Origin: an uncultured Chloroflexia bacterium
Lineage (GTDB): Bacteria; Chloroflexota; Limnocylindria; QHBO01
DNA length: 64,000 nt
Assembly (NCBI GenBank): GCA_963825525.1
Contig: CAWGTN010000002.1
Span: forward strand, 128,001 to 192,000
Direction of reading: 5' to 3'
The stretch's first letter is position 1. Every line of letters starts with the position of its first letter. The translations under genes were made by a program, and so were the position numbers. Below are positions 29,630 through 38,445 of the stretch, in pieces. Below the pieces are notes generated by a model. The model saw nothing but the letters and a program-made list of their open reading frames with translations, was not told the DNA's origin and did no database searches.

Positions 29630-30691
29630 ATGCCCATGCGCTTCCGGCGCAGCATCAAGATCAGCAAGGGCGTGCGCCTCAATGTCAGCAAGAGCGGCTT
29701 CGGCGTGTCGGCTGGCGGTCGCGGTGCGCGCTACAGCGTGCACAGCTCTGGCCGGCGCACGACCTCGGTTGGCATCCCCGGTTCCGGCGTCGGCTTCGTG
29801 TCGACCTCGACGAGCGGCAGCCGGAGATCGTCCAGCGGAGGCCCTCGCTCCCGCAGCCAGCAGGTCGTGCTGCCGCCGCAGAATTACGCCGCAGTGCTGC
29901 CCAAGCCCGGGATGTTCAGCGGCAAGACCGAGAAGCGCTACCACGAGGGCGTCCATGCCTACCTGCGCGGGGAGCACCAGCAGGCGCTTACGGCGCTCGA
30001 AGATGTCCTGGCTGCCGATCCGTCTGCGCTCAGCGCGCACTTGATCGCCGCGATCTGCGTCGGCAAGGTCGATGGTCCCGATGCGGATCAGATCCGTCAC
30101 TTCGAAGCGCTGATCAGCTCCGACGCCGCGATGCCCGACAAGTTGCAGATGAAGTACCTGCCGCCGGGCATCGTCAGCCTAACGCTGATGGGCAAGATCA
30201 CCGACAACATCAATGCTGAGGTGCCCTTCGACTCCGCCGGCGCCACCCTGCTCCTGGCGGAGCACTACCAGGAGGCCGATCGGCTCGAGGACGCTATCGG
30301 TCTGGTCCAGCAGCTCTACGAGGCCAACCCGAGCGATCCGGTCATCAAGCTCTCTTTGGCCGATCTGCTGATGGCCGATGGCGACCATGACGGCGTGGTG
30401 GAAGTGGCGGCCGGCGTGACCAACGACAGCGACCTCGGGGCGGCCATGCTGCACCTGCGCGGCGCGGCGCTGTTTGCACTCGGCCATCAGACCGGCGCCC
30501 TCGACTCGTTCAAAGAGGCGCTGGCCAAGCCGAGCAGAGATGCCGAGCTGCTGAAGGTCATCCGCTATGACCGAGCACTGGCGTACGAGGTGGCAGGCCA
30601 GAAGGGCCGGGCGAAGCAGGATCTCGAGCGCATCTTCGCCCAGGATCCCAGCTACCTCGACGTTCGCGAGCGACTCGCGGGAATGGGATAG
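29630..30691 (+). CDS. DUF4236 domain plus TPR protein
   Basis: MRFRRSIKI.KGVRLNVSKSG.GVS.G...GIPGSG N-terminus; C-terminal TPR repeats. Confidence 0.85.
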   Translation: MPMRFRRSIKISKGVRLNVSKSGFGVSAGGRGARYSVHSSGRRTTSVGIPGSGVGFVSTSTSGSRRSSSGGPRSRSQQVVLPPQNYAAVLPKPGMFSGKTEKRYHEGVHAYLRGEHQQALTALEDVLAADPSALSAHLIAAICVGKVDGPDADQIRHFEALISSDAAMPDKLQMKYLPPGIVSLTLMGKITDNINAEVPFDSAGATLLLAEHYQEADRLEDAIGLVQQLYEANPSDPVIKLSLADLLMADGDHDGVVEVAAGVTNDSDLGAAMLHLRGAALFALGHQTGALDSFKEALAKPSRDAELLKVIRYDRALAYEVAGQKGRAKQDLERIFAQDPSYLDVRERLAGMG

Positions 30692-30709
30692 CCGCTCGCG
30701 GTGACGGCT

Positions 30710-31168
30710 CTACCGGCGGCGTGCTGACTTCTCTGCGAAGTGAGCGAGCTCCCGCGGCTCGCCGCGAGTTCCCAGCAGGAAGTAGCGAGGCCGCTTCGCC
30801 TCGTAGCGGCTCTCCAGCCATGGCATCCACCGAGCGAGCAGTGCAAAGCGGTCCTTCATTGACATCCCCTTGGCCCGCGGGAGTCGGATGAAGACTGCGC
30901 TGACCTTCAGCTTCTCCACCAGCGGCTTGTAGGCGGCCCGCTTCCTGGCATCGATGTCCTGGGTGATCCAGACTGCGCCCCAGTGGCCGCAGAATTTGAT
31001 GACGTCGGGATCGTCGGACGATCCCAACCCGACTTCGTCGTTGGATCGTGCGTTGAACGCGACATGCGCGAACGCGCGGGCCACGCCCGGCGCGAGGTTC
31101 TCATCGATGAGAAAGCGGACGCCGTCAGGGTCGAAGGGATCGGCTACGCGACTAGCTGGCGTTCCCAC
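30710..31168 (-). CDS. PIN-domain toxin (VapC45/DUF5615-like)
   Basis: FLIDENL...DDPDVI...WITQD; overlaps the DUF433 gene. Confidence 0.8.
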   Translation of the reverse strand: MGTPASRVADPFDPDGVRFLIDENLAPGVARAFAHVAFNARSNDEVGLGSSDDPDVIKFCGHWGAVWITQDIDARKRAAYKPLVEKLKVSAVFIRLPRAKGMSMKDRFALLARWMPWLESRYEAKRPRYFLLGTRGEPRELAHFAEKSARRR

Positions 31169-31830
31169 TCAGCCGCTCGTTCGATCTTGTCCTGGTCAAC
31201 TCCGTAGAGCCGTGCCAGTTGGGCGGGACTGTCGCCGGCGGAGATTGCTTGGAAGATCGAGCGCGTCGGGATGCGAGTCCCCTCGATACACGTGAGTCCG
31301 AACTGGGTCGCCGGGCGCGCCTCGACATCCTCGGCGGGGCGCCAGGCCGCCACGCGTTCGCCTTCGTACGTCAGTTGATGCTTGATGTCGCTGACTAGTT
31401 CCGGCACCTGCACCTGCTTGAGCTGAATGATCGTCAGCGCGACCTGACCGCCGCGGTTTGCGGCAATGACCGCGTCAGCTCCTCGATGCTGCTCGGCCGG
31501 CACCTTGATGAGGACGTCCCCACCGGCGGTCCAGAGACCCTGATGAACGAATGGATGGCCCCAGCCGAAGCGCTGCCGTAGGTCAGCTTCGGCCTTCATC
31601 ACTTCGCGCAGTTTCACGCCGTGGCGACGGAACTCGTGCACGAACAACAGGGAGACCAGGTCGTCGAAGCTGACGAGATCGTCACGCCAGGTCCTCCCCC
31701 TGCCTTCTCGCTCAAGCCATCGGCGCGCTGTACTGGACGGGATCCGCGCGTAGCGCGATGCGTCGGCAATCGAGTACAGGCCAAGATGCGTCACTTCAGC
31801 GGTCATTGCTGTCATCGTACTTGCTGTCAC
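31144..31830 (-). CDS. DUF433 antitoxin with N-terminal HTH (VapB45-like)
   Basis: LYSIADASRY..IP..T.RRW; FGLTCIEGTRIP...GDS..LA..YG. Confidence 0.85.
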   Translation of the reverse strand: MTASTMTAMTAEVTHLGLYSIADASRYARIPSSTARRWLEREGRGRTWRDDLVSFDDLVSLLFVHEFRRHGVKLREVMKAEADLRQRFGWGHPFVHQGLWTAGGDVLIKVPAEQHRGADAVIAANRGGQVALTIIQLKQVQVPELVSDIKHQLTYEGERVAAWRPAEDVEARPATQFGLTCIEGTRIPTRSIFQAISAGDSPAQLARLYGVDQDKIERAAEWERQLVA

Positions 31831-31833
31831 GCT

Positions 31834-33972
31834 TCAGAAGTCCTCGCCCGCTGGTACGAGATCGGCCGGGACGGGTGCCGTTGGCGGCGGCGTTTCCTTC
31901 TTTCGCTTCGGGCTCCCGGTCCCCTTCGTCCGCCCCGGCTTCTTGGTCTTCCGGCGCTTCGCCTGGTCGTGGCACTCCTTGCAGTTGTTCAGCTGCTTGG
32001 CGCGAGCGAAGACGTAGGCCTGCCATTCGTGGCCTGCCGCCTCGCACCTCCACCAGACCTTGCGTCCGGATCCTGGCGTGACCTCGTGAGGTCGCAGCTG
32101 GCCATTCCTTTCGGGATGCCACTCGCGCGCCAGGTGCGGAGAGTCGGCCGCGAGCGAGTCCTTCGGGTGTACCCGATTGCCCATGCAGAATGGACAGCGA
32201 CTGAGGTGTGCGGCGCGGTCAGTGATGCGGGCCGCCCAGACGTGGTCCTCGTCGTGGTGGCACTGCCAGAACACCCGTGACGTGCTCGTGGCCCGCAGCG
32301 TGGTCGGATCGCTACCCCAGTTGAGGCTGTAGTCCCAGTCGCGCATGAGATCGGATAGGTCGGCTACGCATTTCCCACGAACACTTCGGCGTCTTCGTGG
32401 CTCCGCCCGTCGTCGTCGAGTCCCGCGATGCAAAGGCTTCTGCCCCGCCGCGCTCCGTCGCGCCTCTTCTTCCTGGTAGCGCCGATACTTGATGGCCGCG
32501 CTCGTGCGGCGCTTGGCGACCTTCTCCTCGTGGAGCTGACGCATCTCGGCGTCGTGAACCAGCTGCGCCAGCGAGCTGCGGCCGCCGTGGTCTTCCCAGG
32601 CGTGCCAGTCGGCCACGTTCGAGCTGTGAGCGGTCGCGGTGAAGTGCTGGCGCAGAACGGAGAGGATCACGCCCTTGGATGCGTTGCCGCGGATCGACAG
32701 CATCATCAGCGCGAGGATCTTGTTCAGCCGGCGGGCGTTCTGGTAGCGGCCCGCCCGCGGCTTGATGTACGTCGCCAGGTGCTCGCGGATCGTCCCTTCG
32801 ACGTTCCCGCTGCCGACGGGCCTGTCGCGTCCGGTGCTCACCAACCGGCTGCGGTTGTCCTCGGCCAGCAGGCACTGCACCTGGATGAGGGGATCGTTCG
32901 TGGCTATCCACGACCGCAGCTCGGTGCGATCCGGCGGGACGTGCTCATCCACCATGGCCTTGAACAGATCCCACTCGGCGAGGCTGCCCTGGCAGTAGGT
33001 CATCTGGTTGAACAGTGGGTGCGGCTCAAATTCCTGGATCTGCTGGTTCCACGGCCACATGGCGCGCTTGGGCTTCTGGAGCTTGATTGGGTCGGTGATG
33101 CGCACGGTGCGCTCCACGCCATCGAGGACGGCGTAGTCCTCCATCAGACGCTTGAGGTGGTCTCGCGAGCGGAACAGGATGGCGTTCGGCCAGACCTCGC
33201 GGACCGCCTTGGCGATGCCGCGATCCAGGTCGGCGACGACCCACTCGGGCTCGCCGGCAAGGGTCGAGAAGAAGTCGCGCCATGAGTACGAGTCCTTGCC
33301 CCCCTGGACCTGGATGAGACACGGCTTGCCCTTTTGGCCAGTGTGGTCGATCGCCACCATGATCTCGCCGGCGTTGAGGTCGCCCACCTTTACGCCATCG
33401 CGGTAGCCGCGCGTGCGTAGCGGCATGGAGTCGATCGCGATGACCTTCGGCCACTCCTTCGGCGCCAGCGCATCGATAACGATCGGGGCATAAGCGTCGA
33501 TGTAGCCGCTGGCCAAGTGACCTTCCTGGCTCGTCTGCCCCGGGCCGATGTGTCTCCACTGGCGCCGGACCGTGCGGTGGATGTCCTCGCGCCGCTTCTT
33601 GCTCGAGCGGCGCTGAGACCCGCCGTTGCTGACGTGATCGAGCAGATCGGCCATCTCGGCCAAGGCGAACAGAAAGTGTCGCCCGGTGCGATGACCCTCA
33701 TGCCGCTCGAACTCGTGCTCGCATGTCCAGCAGGCTTGGCCGGAGTGCGGATGCGACGGAGACGGCTGGCGGACGGGACGCGGCGGCGCGAAGGCGTGCA
33801 GTCGCCGGCCGTTGACGATGCAGCGATAACGCGGCCGGCGGTGCTTGTCGTTCCAGGTGCCGAAGTAGCCGTCGAGGCGGACGGTGCTGGTCGGGTGGCG
33901 CGGGCAGCTGGGTCGGTGAGCGTCCATCCGTGGCCGCCCCCGTCCCCGCTTGACCTGACCCGTGCTCCCCAT
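31834..33972 (-). CDS. Mutator/IS256-like DDE transposase fused to DUF4379-type zinc-ribbon repeats
   Basis: AIDSMP, VVADLDRGIAKAVREVWPNA..FRSRDHLKR, GNVEG; C-terminal VFWQC..H.W..R..CPFC and EWHPERN..TPGSGRKVWWRC..GHEW..CKEC. Confidence 0.75.
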   Translation of the reverse strand: MGSTGQVKRGRGRPRMDAHRPSCPRHPTSTVRLDGYFGTWNDKHRRPRYRCIVNGRRLHAFAPPRPVRQPSPSHPHSGQACWTCEHEFERHEGHRTGRHFLFALAEMADLLDHVSNGGSQRRSSKKRREDIHRTVRRQWRHIGPGQTSQEGHLASGYIDAYAPIVIDALAPKEWPKVIAIDSMPLRTRGYRDGVKVGDLNAGEIMVAIDHTGQKGKPCLIQVQGGKDSYSWRDFFSTLAGEPEWVVADLDRGIAKAVREVWPNAILFRSRDHLKRLMEDYAVLDGVERTVRITDPIKLQKPKRAMWPWNQQIQEFEPHPLFNQMTYCQGSLAEWDLFKAMVDEHVPPDRTELRSWIATNDPLIQVQCLLAEDNRSRLVSTGRDRPVGSGNVEGTIREHLATYIKPRAGRYQNARRLNKILALMMLSIRGNASKGVILSVLRQHFTATAHSSNVADWHAWEDHGGRSSLAQLVHDAEMRQLHEEKVAKRRTSAAIKYRRYQEEEARRSAAGQKPLHRGTRRRRAEPRRRRSVRGKCVADLSDLMRDWDYSLNWGSDPTTLRATSTSRVFWQCHHDEDHVWAARITDRAAHLSRCPFCMGNRVHPKDSLAADSPHLAREWHPERNGQLRPHEVTPGSGRKVWWRCEAAGHEWQAYVFARAKQLNNCKECHDQAKRRKTKKPGRTKGTGSPKRKKETPPPTAPVPADLVPAGEDF

Positions 33973-34025
33973 GAGCTCGATGCTGACGGGTAAATGCGAC
34001 AGCTTCGATGGCGCGAAGGTCCCAT

Positions 34026-35684
34026 CTATTCGTCGAGGTGCACCACCGTCTCGTCCCACGTGATCCCGCACTCCTCGCAGAGCCGCTCGTCCCGGAGTCG
34101 GAGTCGGAAGTGGATGCCGGGGGCAATAGATCGGTCGACCGCCACTAGGAAGGCATGCGGCGATGCGTCGGATGTGCATCCGAAGTTGTCCGGAACTTCG
34201 TCGAGGAACAGGTCGGCGGACAGCTGTTCAAACTCCCCGTACATCAACCCTTCTTGCACCTCCACGCCGACACCCGTGAACGCGATCCACGGACACGTGC
34301 TGCTGATGGGGGGCACGAACTGCACAACGAACTCGCTGTCGAAGTCGACCGTCGGCGGCGCTCCGCCAGACTGCGAGAACCACAGGCGCGGGAATTCCTC
34401 GGCAGTCAGAGCGACATCCACGATCTCGGAGCTGACTGTTACAGCCAGCTGGTTCGCCGTCGAGGATGCCAGCAGGCGCCAGCCGTCGCCCGACGCGGGC
34501 TGAACGCCGGGTGGCGGCGTCCACAGCGGATCCGCGAGCGGCGCCTCGACCACCGGATCCGGGCCATCCCCATGGATCTCGCCGACGAGGAACTGCTGCT
34601 CGCACCACAACTGCTGCTCCTCGGGGCTCATCCGTGGGAAGCCCTCCAACCGCGGCGCCTTGGTGCATACGACCGCACCGGGCCCGAAGGATCCGGTGAT
34701 CTCCACCTCCTCTCCGCGCTTGACGCGGTCGTCGTTGAGCCAGGCGAGCGTCAGGGGATCGGTGAACATGTGCAGCGGAAAGAAGCGGTACCCAGACTCC
34801 ATGCCCGGCGGAACGAATGAGGCGTTGGGTAGGGCGGTGAGATAGGCCGGATCCCCCGGGTATAGGGCTTCCCCCTGCAAGCCCCCGGACAGCACGCCGC
34901 GCATCGTGATGATTTCTGCGATGTCGTAGCACTGATGGCGCACGGGCTCGGGAATGCGATACAGGTCTTCAGGGCGATCCGGACACGTCCAGTCCACCGC
35001 TTCGAGCGTTGGGCCGACGAGAGTCTCAGGCGCCGGGATGCCCCAGCCCGGGGAGCTCAAACCCGCAACTTCGAGGTTGGCCGCCACCCAGCCGAAGACC
35101 CACTCGTTCGGCGCACCCGACTGGCAGCAGAACTCGAACTCGACGCGGTACCACTCGGTCTCGCCGTCGTGCAGCACGTCAACCACCAGGACGTGGTGAT
35201 CTGGCTCGAGGAGGGCCCACTGGCTGCCCCCGGGCTCATCGACGACCGCAGCCGCCCCGCTCACGACGGCCAATGTGCCCGGGCCGATTGCCGCATCGAC
35301 ATCGGTGGGAGATGGCACGGGGCTTGGCGGCAGCGCAGACGGCGCTGGAGCCGTGGGCCTGGCCGAGGGCGATGGAGCGGGCGTGGCGACCAGCTGCGAG
35401 CCGATGGCCACGCTGCCGATCGCCAACAGCACCGCGACCCCCGCGGCGGCGACGCCTGTCCATGAGCGCCGTCCAATGGCAGGGGCGACAAGGAGTGGAT
35501 CGGCCGGCAGTGGCTCGGTGCGGCGCCGCGCCAGGGCGGACTCCAGTCCATTGGCGAAGGAATGGGCAGCGTTTGCGGTTGCCCGACACGCTTCGCACCC
35601 GGCCAGATGCTCGGCTTCGGCCGCCGTCAGCTCGCGCCCTTCGGCGATGGCGGCATGGATCCGGCTCGCGTAGCGGTCGCTCAT
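34026..35684 (-). CDS. Zinc-binding anti-sigma factor with large extracytoplasmic domain
   Basis: HLAGCEAC (HxxxCxxC), TM helix, Pro-rich linker; ATGA coupling to the sigma gene. Confidence 0.75.
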   Translation of the reverse strand: MSDRYASRIHAAIAEGRELTAAEAEHLAGCEACRATANAAHSFANGLESALARRRTEPLPADPLLVAPAIGRRSWTGVAAAGVAVLLAIGSVAIGSQLVATPAPSPSARPTAPAPSALPPSPVPSPTDVDAAIGPGTLAVVSGAAAVVDEPGGSQWALLEPDHHVLVVDVLHDGETEWYRVEFEFCCQSGAPNEWVFGWVAANLEVAGLSSPGWGIPAPETLVGPTLEAVDWTCPDRPEDLYRIPEPVRHQCYDIAEIITMRGVLSGGLQGEALYPGDPAYLTALPNASFVPPGMESGYRFFPLHMFTDPLTLAWLNDDRVKRGEEVEITGSFGPGAVVCTKAPRLEGFPRMSPEEQQLWCEQQFLVGEIHGDGPDPVVEAPLADPLWTPPPGVQPASGDGWRLLASSTANQLAVTVSSEIVDVALTAEEFPRLWFSQSGGAPPTVDFDSEFVVQFVPPISSTCPWIAFTGVGVEVQEGLMYGEFEQLSADLFLDEVPDNFGCTSDASPHAFLVAVDRSIAPGIHFRLRLRDERLCEECGITWDETVVHLDE

Positions 35685-36206
35685 CGATCGGCTTCCTGCC
35701 AGGCCGCTGCCAGGCGCCGGCGGGCGCGGAAGGCGATGGTGCGGGCGTTGGTGTGGGTCGTGCCGACGATGCGTGCGATCTCGTCGAGCTGGTAGCCATA
35801 GGCGTGCTGAAGGACGAGCACTGTGCGCTCACGGGCCGGGAGCTGGTCGACCAGCTCATCCAGGCTCGCTCGCGGCGGGGTGTTGGCCTGCCTCTGCGCC
35901 AGCAGCGGCAGGCGGTCGAGGAGGCCGCGCCGGCGCCGGTGATGGTTGAAGGCAGTCGTCGCCACGATGCGGGTGAGCCACGCGTCGAGTGCTCCTGACA
36001 TCGCGGAGCTGCCCGATCTTGGCGCGCGCCCGCAGGTAGGCGTCCTGGACCACGTCCTCGGCGGTGTCGGGGCCGACCAGGCTGCGCGCCGCGGCCAACA
36101 GCCGCGGCTTCAGCTCGACGAAGCGCTCGTCCAGTAGCCGATCGGTTGTCTTGATAGCCGGTACCGCGACGGGCTCGGTCACTTCCACCCCAACTGTCGT
36201 AATCAT
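35681..36206 (-). CDS. ECF sigma factor (frameshift ~36000)
   Basis: AEDVVQDAYLRA region 2; LPARERTVLVL..GY..EIA region 4. Confidence 0.8.
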
Positions 36207-36400
36207 CGCATTGACAGGACACCCGGGATCGTCGCGGTGTTGCGCCGCTTGTCAACGAGCCGGTGAAGAAGTGTCCCGTCTGCGGCGGTAGGCGGATCTC
36301 GCGCGGCGCCTCTCTGCCATCGGAAAGGTTGGTGTAACGCGATCAGGTATGGTGCGTGGGATCGGGTCGAGCCCGCGCGAGCTCCCCGAGTGGCGACGAA

Positions 36401-36426
36401 TTCGCCCACCCAGCCCGCACAGAATG
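36401..36426 (-). repeat. Right terminal inverted repeat
   Basis: Reverse complement reads CATTCTGTGCGGGCTGGGTGGGCGAA. Confidence 0.9.
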
Positions 36427-36513
36427 TGGTGCCGGAGGTGGGACTTGAACCCACACGAGCTTGCACTCATCGGTGTTTGAGACCGACGCGTCTGCCGATT
36501 CCGCCACTCCGGC
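36427..36513 (-). tRNA. tRNA-Leu(CAA)
   Basis: GCCGGAGTGGCGGAATCGGCAGACGCG-TCGGT-CTCAAAC-ACCGA, long variable arm, GGTTCAAGTCC, CTCCGGCACCA; TATAAT upstream. Confidence 0.97.
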
Positions 36514-36540
36514 CGGGGGAGCCGTCATTATAGGAAGCCA

Positions 36541-37152
36541 ATGGTCGAGCCCCCCGGAAGACTCCCGCTCGTCGCACGCAGCCGCTTCCGGACGAGGCGG
36601 ATGTCATCGCGCGTGCGGCTGACGGAGACCGGACGGCGTTCGCCCAGCTCATGGAGCACTACCAGAGTGCCTGCTTCGGCCTCGCCATGCGCCTTCTCAG
36701 CGATGCCGATCAGGCCGCCGATGCCACGCAGGACGCATTCATCCACGCCTATCGGGCCATCGGCTCGATACCGCGGCGGGATCTTTCGCTCGTGGCTGCT
36801 GCGCATCACCGCCAACGCCAGCTACGACATCCTGCGACGCCAGCAGCGCCGCCCGACGACCACGCTTCCCGACCCGGACGAGGGGGCGCCCGAGCTGCCC
36901 GATCTCGGCGCCGTCAATCCGCTGATCGAGGCCACCAAGAGCGAGCTGTACCGACACCTGGACGTGGCGCTCAGGAAGCTGCCGGAGGACCAGCGAACCG
37001 CGATCGTGCTCTGCGACGTCTACGGCATGGACTACAACGAGGTGGCCGCGATGACGCAATCCGCCCTCGGAACGGTGAAGTCACGCATCCATCGGGGACG
37101 GCTGCGGCTGCGAGAGCTCATGGCCGAGCACCGGGAACTCTTCGCGAGATGA
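36541..37152 (+). CDS. ECF sigma factor (frameshifted)
   Basis: AADATQDAF; FRSWLLRI..N; LPEDQR..GTVKSRIHRGR. Confidence 0.85.
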   Translation: MVEPPGRLPLVARSRFRTRRMSSRVRLTETGRRSPSSWSTTRVPASASPCAFSAMPIRPPMPRRTHSSTPIGPSARYRGGIFRSWLLRITANASYDILRRQQRRPTTTLPDPDEGAPELPDLGAVNPLIEATKSELYRHLDVALRKLPEDQRTAIVLCDVYGMDYNEVAAMTQSALGTVKSRIHRGRLRLRELMAEHRELFAR

Positions 37153-37171
37153 TGACGTCTGGACACGTGGC

Positions 37172-37850
37172 ATGCTGATACCCAACCACCCTGACGACGA
37201 GTGGCTCTCGGCCTTCGCGGCGGACGACCCGGAGGCGGTTGACCCTGCCCAGGCGAGTCACGTTGCGTCGTGCGAGCGCTGCACGGCGGTCGTGACCGAG
37301 CTCGCGTCGTTGCGCATGGCGCTCGCCGAGCTGCCCGATCTGGCGCCGAGTCGTCCGCTTCAGCTCGTCCCGGCCGTTCCGTCTGGCTCCGCAACCTGCC
37401 GATCGCGTTGGTGGCTGGGTGCGGCGGTTCTTCACTCCCGCGCTGGCCGCCGGAGCGGCCATCGCCCTTGTCGGCGCGGTCGGCACCACGACGACGAATC
37501 TGGCGAGCTCGACAGTCGGACTCTGCAGCGACCGATCAGGCCGCACGCGAGAATTTCGGACAACCGGCCGCCTCCGCCGGAGGGGCTGCCGGGCTGGGCG
37601 CCTCGTCAGACGGCGGCGCGTCGCCCGCCACGGAGTCGCTTCGATCCCAGGCTCTCGCCCCGGATGAAGCGGGTACTGACGGGAACGAGATTCGGACCTT
37701 CGACGCCGAGAACGACGGATCGCCGCTCAATCTCGCCGCTGACCGGTCCCTGTGGCCGATGGTGCTCTTCTCGGCGTCGCGCTCATGATTGCGGCGCTGC
37801 TCCTGCGCTGGATCCTGGTCCCTCGAGCCGGGCAGCACTCCGCCGCTCGG
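37172..37850 (+). CDS. Zinc-binding anti-sigma factor (frameshifted, end approximate)
   Basis: HVASCERC motif followed by TM segments in shifted frames. Confidence 0.65.
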
Positions 37851-37855
37851 CCGAG

Positions 37856-38389
37856 CTATCGTGTGTCAGAGCGCCAGGCGAGCCCGCCGCGACGACTCCG
37901 GCGAGCAGCAACAGCATCACTGCCGCCAGCCAGGACCGCCGCCCAGGCCGAATCCCGGAAGGTCGTCGGAACGGGCTCGGGCCGTTGCGGGCGTCGCGTG
38001 CGCGGGGATCGGCACCTCGCCCGGGGCGCGAACGGTGCGCGGAGCCGCCCGCGTCTCGGCCGCGGTCGCTCGCCACGTGGCCCAGGTCCGCGTCGAGGTT
38101 GGCGCCGACGGCGTGATCGGCGAGCGTGACGCGCCCCAGTGGCCGGCCGACGGCGTGCCGGACGACGGATGGGCAGCGGTCGTACTCCCGACGCGACGTA
38201 CGGGTTCGAGAGGACCACCCATGCCTCGTTGATCCGCCGCATGCGCTCCGCGGCCTCGGCGGCACCCTCGTGGAGGTCGGGGTGATGGCGCTTCGCCAGC
38301 CGCCGATGCGCACGGGCCACCTGGAGCGGCGTCGCGTCGCGCGTCACGCCCAGCACGGCGTACGGATCGAGGATCCGGCGTCCGGTCAT
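37856..38389 (-). CDS. Membrane-anchored J-domain protein (frameshifted)
   Basis: DPYAVLGV...LAKRHHPDL..MRRINEAW. Confidence 0.8.
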   Translation of the reverse strand: MTGRRILDPYAVLGVTRDATPLQVARAHRRLAKRHHPDLHEGAAEAAERMRRINEAWVVLSNPYVASGVRPLPIRRPARRRPATGARHARRSRRRRQPRRGPGPRGERPRPRRGRLRAPFAPRARCRSPRTRRPQRPEPVPTTFRDSAWAAVLAGGSDAVAARRSRRGGLAWRSDTR

Positions 38390-38445
38390 CGGCACGATTC
38401 TACGGCGGCCCGCAGGCCGCCATCGGGCTAGACTCAGACCCACCG

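Larger units (their letters stand above)
29440..36426. mobile_element. tRNA-Leu-inserted cargo transposon with Mutator/IS256-like DDE transposase
   Basis: TIRs at 29440-29465 and 36401-36426 (25/26 identical); 8-bp direct repeat TGGTGCCG at 29432-29439 and 36427-36434; internal DDE ORF. Confidence 0.88.

Noticed and set aside
29445-36421. Tn7-like element with TGT...ACA ends
   Set aside because: The inverted repeat extends 5 bp further (CATTC/GAATG), the duplication is 8 bp rather than 5, and there are no tnsB/tnsC/tniQ genes or repeated TnsB sites.
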